A DNA stretch of 64,000 bases from Octopus sinensis (taxonomy: Eukaryota), in NCBI RefSeq assembly GCF_006345805.1, contig NC_043001.1, positions 125,054,001 through 125,118,000 on the forward strand, written 5' to 3'. Below the pieces are notes generated by a model. That model saw nothing but the letters and a program-made list of their open reading frames with translations, was not told where the DNA came from and did no database searches. Positions 51,951 to 64,000 of this stretch are shown in pieces. Position numbers and translations under genes: made by a program. Every line of letters begins with the position of its first letter. Position 1 is the first letter of the stretch.

Positions 51951-52844
51951 ACAGAATCTATACCACCACTATTTTTAAACAAATTAAAACAAAAACCACT
52001 TTGAAAATGTCATGGCTCAGTGGTTAGAGCATTGGGCTTCCAATCGTGGTTGTGGGTCTGATTCCTGGACTAGGCTGTGTGTTGTGCTCTTGAGCAAGGC
52101 ACTTCATTTCACATTACTCCAATTCACTCAGCTGTAGAAATGAGTTGTGACGTCACTGGCTTGCTAACCAACCACATGGTTCCGGGTTCAGTCCCACTGC
52201 ATGGCATCTTGGGCAAGTGTCTTCTGCTATAGCCCCGGGCCGACCAATGCCTTGTGAGTGGATTTGGTAGACGGAAACTGAAAGAAGCCTGTCGTATATA
52301 TGTATATATATGCATGTGTATGTGTGTCTGTGTTTGTCCCCCTAGCATTGCTTGACAACCGATGCTGGTGTGTTTACGTCCCCGTCACTTAGCGGTTCGG
52401 CAAAAGAGACCGATAGAATAAGTACTGGGCTTACAAAGAATAAGTCCCGGGGTCGAGTTGCTCGACTAAAGGCGGTGCTCCAGCATGGCCGCAGTCAAAT
52501 GACTGAAACATGTAAAAGAGTAAAAGAAAGAGTAATATAAAACACCTTTTCTTGAGGAACCTGAGAATATTTTCACATAATGGACTTAGCATAGGCCACT
52601 AACTGGTGAAGTAAATATGTTAATACTACTCACTAATACACTCAAACATCTGGCTCATAGATATATCTCTTCATGGACTTTTCTACTGTTACCGCAAAGG
52701 CCTCTGCTCTGCTCTTTGGAGCTGATTGCTCTTATGCACCAACTCTTTTAGATAACTGTTTCTTACAAGGTGCCAAGATATTGTGTACCAGTTCTAAAAA
52801 TTATATACATCAAATGTGCTGGATCCATGGCCATCCCACTGTAA

Positions 52845-53310
52845 ATCTGGTCATCAAATCTAAGTAGAGACTTCAAACTTGAAATCTTCAAAGCCAGTCG
52901 AACCAATTCTACTATATGGCTCAGAAACCTGGACGTTATCAAAGAAGCTTGAGAGGCGGTTGGATGGAACCTACACTCGCCTCCTTATGAGAGCTCAAAA
53001 TCTCTCGTGGACGCGTCATCCAACCAAAATGCAAATATATGGGAAACTACCACCTGTGTCATCTCTTGTGGAGGGTAGGAGAATCCAGTTTGCTGGACAT
53101 TGTTGTAGGGCTGAAAAAGAGGCAATTTCTACTCTTCTCCTCTGGAAGCCATCTACTCGCAATACCAGAGGGCGCACACTCTCCTACCCTGATGTAATCT
53201 CCAGGGATACAGGCATCCAGCAACAGGACCTCCGTAATGCCATGATGGAGGGTCTGGCGTAGCATGGTAAATTCCATTGTATCGACCACAGTCGAACAAT
53301 GATGATGATG
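52845..53310 (+). mobile_element. Family E LINE fragment
   Basis: ORF 52879-53262; same right junction as the 61444 copy. Confidence 0.85.
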
Positions 53311-54888
53311 ATGTTAGCAGATAAGTGTTAAGGAATGAAAAGACATGAGTGGGGCAAGAGTTGGTTCTTGTGATAAGGGAGCGACATAGCTACACACATT
53401 TAGAAGAGACAGAAATGAATTAGTAATAGCTGTGAAGAGAGTGGCAATGAGATGTCCAGGTGGAACCTCAAAGTATGAGTAGAAGTTAGCAGGGACAAAG
53501 AAACAGGCGCAGGAGTGGCTGTGTGGTAAGTAGATTGCTTACCATCCACACAGTTCCGGGTTCAGTCCTACTGAGTGGCACCTTGGGCAAGTGTCTTCTA
53601 CTATGACTGTAAATATGATCAAGGACAAGAAACAGGGATGGCACCAACAAGCATACAACATTGAGCAACTGAAGAGTCTGCACTAACAATGTTACAAACA
53701 CTGGCTTCAAGCATTTAAAATAAATCTGAAGAACTTAGTTCAAGATTAAGGTGATTGATGGCAGGAAAAAACATCAAGCTATCATATCATCGGCTATCAA
53801 GAGAATATAAGCCCTGATTTGAAAGAGGGGAAAAATATAAAATAGGCACAAACAGAGCCATATTGCCAAGTTCTCTTTGCAGCCATATAGTTCCAGTCTT
53901 GATCTTACTGTGCAGCAGAACCTTGAGTAATTGTCTTCTACTGTAGTATTGGATTTATCATTAATTTGGGAGTTCGTATATGTGTGTGTGTGGTGTGTGT
54001 GTGTGTGTGCTTGTGTGTGTGCAAGTGTATTTAATGTTTATTGGTTTAAAAATAGAATGTGTCAAAAAGTCTATTTCGTTGATCACTAAGCAGAAACTGA
54101 TATGATCAACTTAAAAACCTTAAAGGCAAGTACCCTGGTCACACCACTGAAGCTAACTAATGAAGGAGTAACATCTATATAACCTTTACATAATCATCAT
54201 CATCATCATTTAACGTCCGCTTTCCATGCTAGCATGGGTTGGACGATTTGACTGAGGACTGGCGAACCAGATGGCTGCACCAGGCTCCAATCTGATCTGG
54301 CAGAGTTTCTACAGCTGGATGCCCTTCATAACGCCAACCACTCCGAGAGTGTAGTGGGTGCTTTTACGTACCACCGGCATGAGGGCCAGTCTGGCGGTAC
54401 TGGCAAACGGCCACGTTTGAAATGGTGTTTCAATCAATTTAATAAATCAGATAAATTTTGAAACAACTGCTAAATGCACAACAGATTTCAAACCAAGAAA
54501 ATTATATAATTAGCTGACTCATTTTGAACTTAGTAAAAGACAATGGACATACCTTCCACACTCATGCTCTGTGAAAGGGATCAATCTGAACAACAGTTTG
54601 GAAAAGACTATGTGTAAACCAATAAAAAGAAAAACCGGATTGCTGACTTAGATCACAGCAAAATGTCCTGAATTTTTTAAAATTTTGCCTTTTTTGTTTC
54701 TCTACCCATGAAAGGGAGTTAGTTGAAATTTTTGTTTTGTAATGAAAGTCAGGAAGTATATGACTAACAAGCTTATTATCAATAGAGTAATTCTACCCAG
54801 TCCTGCTTGAACGAAGCTAGAAGGTCATCATTAAAATCCTGTAACTTAAGGAGACTCCTAGTACACAATATGAAACAATCTCCCTTAC

Positions 54889-54930
54889 CTTCATTCCTAA
54901 CGCTATTTACTACCAGAAATAATTGACCGA
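54889..54930 (-). CDS. Candidate upstream exon of the same gene (phase 1 to 1; GQLFLVVNSVRNE)
   Basis: Good donor gtaagg and phase matches the 51403 exon; acceptor (attacag) is weak and no start codon was found. Confidence 0.25.
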
Positions 54931-55147
54931 CTGTAATCCTAGATTACAATACTACAGTTTACCAATTGCAATATAAAAAATTTGAAAATAAATGAAATAC
55001 CAGAAATATCACCAAGATCTCTTTTCAATTTGCTGGGTCTGGAAGAAGGAGCAATGCCCATGACCTTCACCAGTGTTCTTAGACCAAAGAGATTCATGCC
55101 AATGTTATTTTTTGAACCATTATTAAGTCAATACATGCAGAATAAAA

Positions 55148-55800
55148 TATACAAGGTGTTTGGGCCAAATTTGACAGTTTGCATAAAGAAAGCAATATCC
55201 CATCCAAAAATAAAAGTATTTAAAAAATAAACAAATATCAACTCGATTATGGCTGAAAAATAAGTTTACTCAAAGTAGCCTCCCTCAGCTTCCACCACAG
55301 CCCCAAGGCAGCTCTGGAACCTAGTGCATGCTTTCCTCACTCTGTCCCTGGGAAGATCTTTGAACACATTGACCTTGGCCACATGCTCAACCGTGGTGTT
55401 GCAAGCAGAGCAGTTTGTGCCTTTTTTCAACCATGCCCCAAGCATAGTAATCCATGGGATTATAATCAGAGGAATTACGAGGCCAAAATCTGGGGCTGGT
55501 AAAGTCACAGAACTTTTCCAACAACCATTCCTGACAAAGAACTGAATCCTGCTCTCACACATATAGCGTTCCAGAAGCAACTCACTCCAGCCAGTGTTTA
55601 ACCACAATCTCCAGTAGCTTCTTATAGCCATCTGAATTGAGCCTAAGGCCTTGTTCATCAGTTGTTGGATAAATTTTGGTACATGGACACAGTCAGAATG
55701 CTTGCCATGTCCCTTCCTGCTGGCCACGGCTTTGTAGTTTCCATAAGTCGGTTATTTCAGAGAGACATTTCAAAGAGTGCAACATGGTTAGACTGAAGAG
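55148..55800 (-). mobile_element. Internally deleted Tc1/mariner-superfamily element
   Basis: C-terminus VRKACTRFQSCLGAVVEAEGGYFE*; TA-caaggtgt-type terminus near 55149. Confidence 0.72.
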
Positions 55801-55817
55801 TGATATATATATATATA

Positions 55818-56715
55818 TGTGTGTGTGTGTGTATGTATATATGTGTGTATGTATACATTTGTGTCTATGTTTGTTCCCCCAACATCGCTTGACAACCGAT
55901 GCTGGTGTGTTTACATCCCTGTAACTTAGCAGTTCGGCAAAAGAGACCAATAGAATAAGTACTAGGCTAACAAAGAAGTTCTGGAGTTGATTTGTTCGAC
56001 TAAAGGCGGTGCGCCAGCATGACCACAGACAAGTGGGTCCAGAATGCCCGAGTGCAGCTTTTAAGCTAGTATATACATATATATAAAAAGTAAAGGCCTC
56101 TTTTAGTCATCAATGACCATGGGATTGCACCTAGACAGTTCCCTTCAAAAGCATAAGTCCAGGCAAGGTTGTTTATGGGAGACCGGCAGTCACCCATGCA
56201 TACCAACTCCCCTCTTCATGCCACTGACGTTATCCAAGGGAAAGGTGAAGGCTGATACAGCTTGGCTTGAGAGACGTTGCAACTCATTTCTATAGCTGAG
56301 TAAACTGGAGCAATGAGAAAAAGTATCTTGCTGAAGAACACAACATAGCCCAGTCTGGGAATCAAACTCACTATCCTGTGAAAGAGAGCCCGACACTAAC
56401 CACTGAACTATGCACCTTCACGGTGAAGTTCAATTCCTGGACCAGGCTGTGTGTCATGCTCTTGAGCAAGACACTTTATTTCATGTTGCGCCAGTTCACT
56501 CAGTTGTAGAAATAAGTCGTGCCAAGCTGAATCAGCCTTTGCCTTTCCCTTGGACAAAATCAGTGGCATGGAGAGGGGAGGCTGGTATGCACGGGCGACT
56601 GATGGTCTTCCATAAACAACCTTGCCTGGCCTTGTGCTTTGGAAAGTAACTTTCTGGGCATAATCCTATGGTCATTCATGACTAAATGTGGTTTTTATCT
56701 ATATATATATATATA

Positions 56716-56747
<32 letters not shown>

Positions 56748-58006
56748 GCGTAGGAGTGGCCGTAAGTAGCTTGCTTACGAACCACATGGTTCCAGGTTCA
56801 ATCCCACTGCGTGGCACCTTGGGAAAGTGTCTTCTACTATAGCCTTGGGCCAACCAAAGCCTTGTGAGTGGATCTGGTAGACGGAAACTGAAAGAAGCCC
56901 GTCGTATATATATATATATATTATATATATATATATTGTGTGTGTGTGTGTATGTATATATGTGTGTATGTATACATTTGTGTCTATGTTTGTTCCCCCA
57001 ACATCGCTTGACAACCGATGCTGGTGTGTTTACATCCCTGTAACTTAGCAGTTCGGCAAAAGAGACCAATAGAATAAGTACTAGGCTTACAAAGAAGTTC
57101 TGGAGTTGATTTGTTCGACTAAAGGCGGTGCTCCAGCATGACCACAGACAAGTGGGTCCAGAATGCCCGAGTGCAGCTTTTAAGCTAGTATATACATATA
57201 TATTAAAAAGTAAAGGCCTCTTTTAGTCATCAATGACCATGGGATTGCACCTAGACAGTTCCCTTCAAAAGCATAAGTCCAGGCAAGGTTGTTTATGGGA
57301 GACCGGCAGTCACCCATGCATACCAACCTCCCCTCTTCATGCCACTGACGTTATCCAAGGGAAAGGTGAAGGCTGATACAGCTTGGCTTGAGAGACGTTG
57401 CAACTCATTTCTATAGCTGAGTAAACTGGAGCAATGAGAAAAAGTATCTTGCTGAAGAACACAACATAGCCCAGTCTGGGAATCAAACTCACTATCCTGT
57501 GAAAGAGAGCCCGACACTAACCACTGAACTATGCACCTTCACGGTGAAGTTCAATTCCTGGACCAGGCTGTGTGTCATGCTCTTGAGCAAGACACTTTAT
57601 TTCATGTTGCGCCAGTTCACTCAGTTGTAGAAATAAGTCGTGCCAAGCTGAATCAGCCTTTGCCTTTCCCTTGGACAAAATCAGTGGCATGGAGAGGGGA
57701 GGCTGGTATGCACGGGCGACTGATGGTCTTCCATAAACAACCTTGCCTGGCCTTGTGCTTTGGAAAGTAACTTTCTGGGCATAATCCTATGGTCATTCAT
57801 GACTAAATGTGGTTTTTATCTATATATATATATATAATATATATATATATGCGTAGGAGTGGCCGTAAGTAGCTTGCTTACGAACCACATGGTTCCGGGT
57901 TCAATCCCACTGCGTGGCACCTTGGGAAAGTGTCTTCTACTATAGCCTTGGGCCAACCAAAGCCTTGTGAGTGGATCTGGTAGACGGAAACTGAAAGAAG
58001 CCCGTC

Positions 58007-58040
<34 letters not shown>
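55818..58040. repeat. Tandem duplication of about 1.12 kb (two near-identical units)
   Basis: Identical ORFs at 56410 and 57531 (offset 1121); only a few point differences. Confidence 0.92.
56095..56690. mobile_element. Two head-to-head SINEs of a further family (F); also near 28700-28990, 44845-44990, 52010-52155 and in the duplicate unit
   Basis: tRNA-like heads with cttgagcaagacac...ccagttcactcagc body. Confidence 0.65.
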
Positions 58041-58045
<5 letters not shown>

Positions 58046-58051
58046 TATATA

Positions 58052-58570
58052 TAAGTAATACTAAGCAATTAAGGGTTCAGCAACGAATTACCTCACCACA
58101 CACCGAATTTAGAAATAGCAGTCAAAGAGTTATAGCTATTCTTTCTACTAAAAGGGAGATCTCAGTAAAAACACAGCACTTGAAAGGCAAACACAAAGAA
58201 GTTGGGTAAGATATAATTATCTAATTCTTATGCTTTCCTAAAACTTAATTTCGAAATGTACGTCCGTAGGTGACTTAAAATTGTATGATAGATTGCCGTC
58301 ATTTCATTCTCTCTTACCTGTCTGTGTTTGCCTTTCAAGTGCTGTGTTTTTACTGAGATCTCCCTTTTAGTAGAAAGAATAGCTATAAATCTTTGACTGC
58401 TATTTCTAAATTCGGTGTGTGGTGAGGCAATTCGTTGCTAAACCCTTAATTGCTTAGTATTACTTAAATTTTCCCCGAATGAGGCTTTTACATGTCGAAA
58501 TCTACTTGGTGTAATTAATAATTATTCCAAATTAATTAATTTCACCCTATATTGTTACTGATAACTATAT
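58052..58570. mobile_element. Foldback insert (144 bp inverted arms) inside a SINE-internal (TA)n; probably Penelope-like
   Basis: 58052-58195 is the reverse complement of 58323-58466 with 3 mismatches; TA tracts on both sides. Confidence 0.6.
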
Positions 58571-58610
<40 letters not shown>

Positions 58611-59421
58611 CGTGTGTGTGTGTGTATGTGTGTGTATGTATGTATACGTTTGTGTCTATGTTTGTTCCCCCAACATCGCTTGACAAACGACGCTGGTGTG
58701 TTTACGTCCCTGTAATTCAGCGGTTCGGCAAAAGAGACCGATAGAATAAGTACTAGGCTTACAAAGAATACGTTCTGGAGTTGATTTGTTCGACTAAAAG
58801 CAGTGCTCCAGCATGACCACAGTCAAGCGACAAACGAATAAAAGAATATTTGAGAGAGAGAGGAAGAGAGAGAGCACACTACTTAAGTCATGGAATTGAA
58901 ACCACGAATTTATGATTGTAGTTCAACATCCAAACAACTAAGCCAAGAGACCTTCTTCACATTATAAAACTAGTCAAATATGATTGGTACTGCTATTGTG
59001 TTGCAAATAGTCATAGTTGTCAAAAACTGAAAATTTTTTTTTCCCTATAAAGATAATTCCGTTGCCAGCCACTGATATTCAAATATTATCATGTGCTCAT
59101 GTGTTAGATTGCAATGTGCCTTGCTACTGCAACAAATGACTATAAGAGACTATTATGTTCTACAATGACCTCAAGTTAAATGTAGTCATTGCTACTGCAC
59201 TTGATTTGAAAGAACTAAGCTTGAAAGATAATTGCAGTTACAAGTTTTTCAACTCACTATTTTAAAAATGAGAGACTCTACTCTATATATAGAATACTAA
59301 ACACTCAGCTGAGGAATTTTCTCACCCATATTAACAATCATGCTACTGCATTGCCTCTAAATTTATCATCATCATCATCATTCGTTAAATATCTGCTTTT
59401 CCATGCTTCTACAAGTCATGA

Positions 59422-59807
59422 GGAGGCGCAATGGCCCAGTGGTTAGGGCAGCGAACTCGTGGTCATAGAATCGCGGTTTCGATTCCCAGACCGGGCGTTG
59501 TGAGTGTTTATTGAGCGAAAACACCTAAAAGCTCCACGAGGCTCTGGCAGTGGATGGTGGTGATTCCTGCTGTACTCTTTCACCACAACTTTCTCTCACT
59601 CTTACTTCCTGTTTCTGTTGTACCTGTATTTCAAAGGGCCGGCATTGTCACTCTCTGTGTCACGCTGAATATCCCCGGGAACTACGTTAAGGGTGCACGT
59701 GTCTGTGGAGTGCTCAGCCACTTACGCGTTAATTTCACGAACAGGCTGTTCTGTTCATTCAGATCAACCGGAACCCTCATCGTCGTAACCGACGGAGTGC
59801 TTCCACC
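59422..59807 (+). mobile_element. tRNA-derived SINE family B, full length
   Basis: A-box TGGCCCAGTGG, B-box GGTTTCGATTCCC; 11 bp TSD acaagtcatga. Confidence 0.9.
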
Positions 59808-60934
59808 ACAAGTCATGAAATTCACTGAAGTAAATTTTTTATGGATAGATCTTCTTCATGTTACCATCAGCTGTTTCCAAGCAGAGTGATCTTTCTTCTA
59901 GTTGTTCAAACACAAACCAATGAACAGCTGAATGTATTTTACACAAAAAAAAATTGCAAAGGACACTTGTTTTTGCATGAATTACTGTGTGATATCAAAA
60001 GAAGGAGACACACACATATGGAACAAGCTTCTTTCAGTGTGTCTACCAAACCATCGCAAAACTGAAGTTGGCTTTGGGCAACTTGCGCAAGATGCTGCGT
60101 AGTAGCACTGGATCCAAAACCATATGGGTATAAAGTAAAATTTTAACCACACTGCCATGCCTATACACATGGGGAAAGGAAACAGAAAGAGTGAGTGAAT
60201 TGATTTCTCTTAGTTTTGCCAGGCCCAGTGGTTAGGGCAGCGGACTTGCAGTCGGAGAATCGCGGTTTCAATTCCCAGACCAGGTATTGTGTGTGTTTAT
60301 TGAGCGAAAACACCTAAAAGCTCCACGAGGCTCCGGCATGGGATGGTGGTGACCCCTGTTGTACTCTTTAGGCCGTTGCCAGTTTCGCCTGGCCCCCATG
60401 CCGGTAGCACGTAAAAAGCACCATCTGATCGTGTCCGTTGCCAGCCTCGCCTAGCCCCCGTGTCGGTGGCATGTAAAAAGCACCATCCGACCATGGCTGT
60501 TTGCCAGCCTTGTCTGGCAACTGTGCCAGTGGCACGTAAAAAGCACCCACTACACTCACAGAGTGGTTGGCGTTAGGAAAGGCATCCAGCCATAGAAACA
60601 CTGCCAGATCAGACTGGGCCTGGTGCAGCCTTCTGGCTTCCCAGACCCCAGTTGAACCGTCCAACCCATGCCAGCATGGAAAGCGGACGCTAAACGATGA
60701 TGATATATTGCTTTCCCTCGTTCACTTTAACCCTTTAGCATTCAGATTATTCTGTTCAATAAAATGTTTATTCAATCATTGTTTTAAATTAATCATGCCT
60801 TATGATGGCCTTTCCTAATGCCAACCACTTAACAGTGTGTACTGGGTGCTTTTCTCGTGCCAACTGCACTACTAAGGTCACTAGTCAGCTTGAAAGCTTA
60901 CAAAACCCTTTGGGAGAGGTTTCATGTTAGCAGA

Positions 60935-61444
60935 AAGGGTATGGCCTGGTCAGCCTGTAATGACATGCATAAGATCTGGTCATCAAATCTAAGTAGAGAC
61001 TTCAAACTTGAAATCTTCAAAGCCACAGTCGAACCAATTCTACTATATGGCTCAGAAACCTGGACGTTATCAAAGAAGCCTGAGAGGCGGTTGGATGCAA
61101 CCTACACTCGCCTCCTTATGAGAGCTCAAAATCTCTCATGGAAGCGTCATCCAACCAAAATGCAAATATATGGGAAACTACCACCTGTGTCATCTCTTGT
61201 GAAAGGTAGGAGAGTCCAGTTTGTTGGACATTGTTGTAAAGCTGAAAACGAGGCAAATTCTACTCTTCTCTGGAAGCCATCTACTCACAATACCAAAGGG
61301 CGAACACTCTCCTACTCTGATGTAATCTCCAGGGATACAGGCATCCAGCGACAGGACCTCCGTAATGCTATGATGGACATGTGAAGTCTGGCGTAGCATG
61401 GTAAATTCCATTGTCTCGACCACGGTCGAACAATGATGATGATG
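60935..61444 (+). mobile_element. Family E LINE, 5'-truncated, 11 bp TSD
   Basis: atgttagcaga at 60924-60934 and 61445-61455. Confidence 0.88.
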
Positions 61445-61800
61445 ATGTTAGCAGATAAGAGTTAAGGAATGAAAAGACATGAGTGGGGCAAGAGTTGGTT
61501 CTTGTGATAAGGAAGCGACATAGCTAGACACATTTAGAAGAGACAGAAATGAATTAGTAATAGCTGTGAAGAGAGTGGCAATGAGATCTCCAGGTGGAAC
61601 CTCAAAGTATGAGTAGAAGTTAGCAGGGATAAAGAAACAGGCGCAGGAGTGGCTGTGTGGTAAGTAGATTGCTTACCAGCCACACAGTTCCGGGTTCAGT
61701 CCCACTGCGTGGCACCTTGGGCAAGTGTCTTCTACTATAGCCTCGGGCCAACCAAAGCCTTGTGAGTGGATTTGGTAGACGGAAACTGAAAGAAGCCCGT

Positions 61801-61843
<43 letters not shown>

Positions 61844-62815
61844 GTATATGTATATATATGTATATATGTGTGTGTGTGTGTGTGTGTTTGTGTGTCTCCC
61901 CAACATCGCTTGACAACTGATGCTGGTGTGTTTACGTCCCCGTTACTTAGCGGTTCGGCAAAAGAGACTGATAGGATAAGTACTAGACTTACAAAGAATA
62001 AGCCCTGGGGTCGATTTGCTCAACTAAAAGGTGGTGCTCCAGCATGGCCGCAGTCAAATGACTGAAACAAGTAAAAGAGAAAAACTAAGAGTGGGGATTT
62101 GCAAGAGTGTATGGTGAAGGAGAGGAAGGTAACATCAAGGATTGGCTAGGGTTGGAAGAGTGGATGCGGGGGGTGCGGATTGCCAGTGGTGCCTGAATTG
62201 GGGAGATAGATGGATGCAAGAAGAGAACAGCATCAGGATAATAATGATGATGTAGTTGACATAGGAGAGGACATGATTGATGAAGTGTTTGGGTCAGCTA
62301 CAGGAGAGAGAGAGAGGTGTGATGCATGAGGATAGAATTTGGTGGTCATATGAGTGTAGACAACAATATTAATGGGCCGTAGCCAGCACCGCATCGACTG
62401 GCCTCCGTGCTGGTGGCACGTAAAAAGCACCATCCGAGCGTAGCCGTTCGCCAGCCTCGTCTGGCACCTGTGTCGGTGGCACGTAAAAAGCACCCACTAC
62501 ACTCATGGAGTGGTTGACGTTAGGAAGGGCATCCAGCTGTAGAAACACTGCCAGATCTGACTGGCCTGGTGCAGCCTTCGGGCTTCCCAGACCCCATGCT
62601 AGCAAGGAAAGCGGAGGTTAAACGATAATGATGATGATACATTAACATTGTCCTGGAGAAACAGAAAGGGTAGCTGCAGTGGGAAAGATGGGCAGGAGTG
62701 GAGGGGGGATGAGGAGATATCTATTTGTGCACCTATATATATGTACACCCACAGAGCTTCACTAGTCAGCTTGAAAGCCTACAAAACCCATTGGGAGAGG
62801 TTTCATGTTAGCAGA

Positions 62816-63466
62816 AAGGGTATGGCCTGGTCAGCCTGTAATGACATGCATAAGATCTGGTCATCAAATCTAAGTAGAGACTTCAAACTTGAAATATTCA
62901 AAGCCACAGTCGAACCAATTCTACTATATGGCTCAGAAACCTGGACGTTATCAAAGAAGCTTGAGAGGCAGTTGGATGGAACCTACACTCGCCTCCTTAT
63001 GAGAGCTCAAAATCTCTCGTGGATGCGTCATCCAACCAAAATGCAAATATATGGGAAACTACCACCTGAGTCATCTCTTGTGAAGGGTAGGAGAGCCCAG
63101 TTTGCTGGACATTGTTGTAGAGCTGAAAACGAGGCAATTTCTACTCGTCTCCTCTGGAAGCCATCTACTCGCAATACCAGAGGGCACACACTCTCCTACC
63201 CTGATGTAATCTCCAGGGATACAGGCATCCAGCAACAGAACCTCTGTAATGCCATGATGGACCGTGAAGTCTGGCGTAGCATGGTAAATTCCATTGTCTC
63301 GACCACGGTTGAACAATGATGATGATGATGGCTCAGAAATATGGACGTTATCAAAGAAGCTTGAGAGGTGGTTGGATGGAACCTACAATCGCCTCCTTAT
63401 GAGAGCTCAAAATCTCTCGTGGAAGCGTCATCCAACCAAAATACAAATATATGGGAAACTACCATG
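62816..63466 (+). mobile_element. Family E LINE fragment plus a partial tandem re-start
   Basis: ORF 62648-63319; same left junction as the 60935 copy. Confidence 0.85.
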
Positions 63467-64000
63467 AAAGGCATCTTTTCTCAAGGAGTGTATTGCCAGA
63501 GAGGAAAATATGTAATATATAAAAACATTTTTCAAAAACTTTTTCAACTTGCTCTTATTGGGCCAGAAATGGCTGGTTCTAATTGCTAAAAGGGTTAAGC
63601 ACATCAAGAACTTTATTACTCTGCACATGTAGATAAAACTCTTGTGAGGAAGCTTTCTTCCCAGCCACATAGTTCTGGGTTCAGTCCCACTGTGTGGCAC
63701 CTTGGGCAAATGTCTTCTACTGTAGCTGCAGGCCGACCAAAGCTTTGTGAGTGGATTTGGTAGACAGAAACTGAAAGAAGTCAGTCATGTGTGTGTGTGT
63801 CTGTGTCCATCCTCCTCTACCACTTGGTGTTGGTGTGTTTATGTCCCTGCAACTTAATGGGTTCGGCAGAAGAGACTGACAGAATAAGTAACAGGCTTAA
63901 AACAAAAGAAAATCCTGCATTTGATTCATTCAACTAAAACTTCTTCAAGGCAGTGGCCCAGCATGGCCACAGTCTAATGACTAAAATATGTAAAAGATAT

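Noticed and set aside
54549-54581. Small - strand exon candidate with donor gtatgt
   Set aside because: The only phase-matching reading (MSVE) lacks a signal peptide, and the other frames do not join the 51403 exon.
59422-59500. tRNA-like sequences (SINE heads) as tRNA genes
   Set aside because: They have A/B boxes but no proper cloverleaf, and continue into SINE bodies with TSDs.

Overview
This is AT-rich eukaryotic (metazoan) DNA. The SINE, LINE and microsatellite landscape matches what I recognise from octopus genomes, which is an inference. Most of the window is repeat: four or more tRNA-derived SINE families, two RTE-clade LINE families, CR1-like LINE fragments, a Penelope-like element (GIY-YIG), Tc1/mariner remnants, hAT- and piggyBac-type MITEs, kilobase (TA)-rich arrays and two polypurine arrays. 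The long ORFs in the ORF track are microsatellite artefacts. One clear spliced gene is missed by the ORF track. It has five phase-compatible minus-strand exons (51403 to 31468) encoding at least 204 aa of a type I membrane protein with two tandem 6-Cys modules; the first exon is unresolved. A tentative plus-strand multi-exon fragment lies at 5.6-6.2 kb and a CpG-rich promoter-like patch at 13.1 kb. The most striking non-coding signal is a set of hammerhead-ribozyme motifs in short Penelope-like inserts sitting in (TA)n tracts. One has an intact-looking type I core at 49751-49805, in the sense orientation of the host intron, paired with an almost perfect inverted copy whose own core is mutated.
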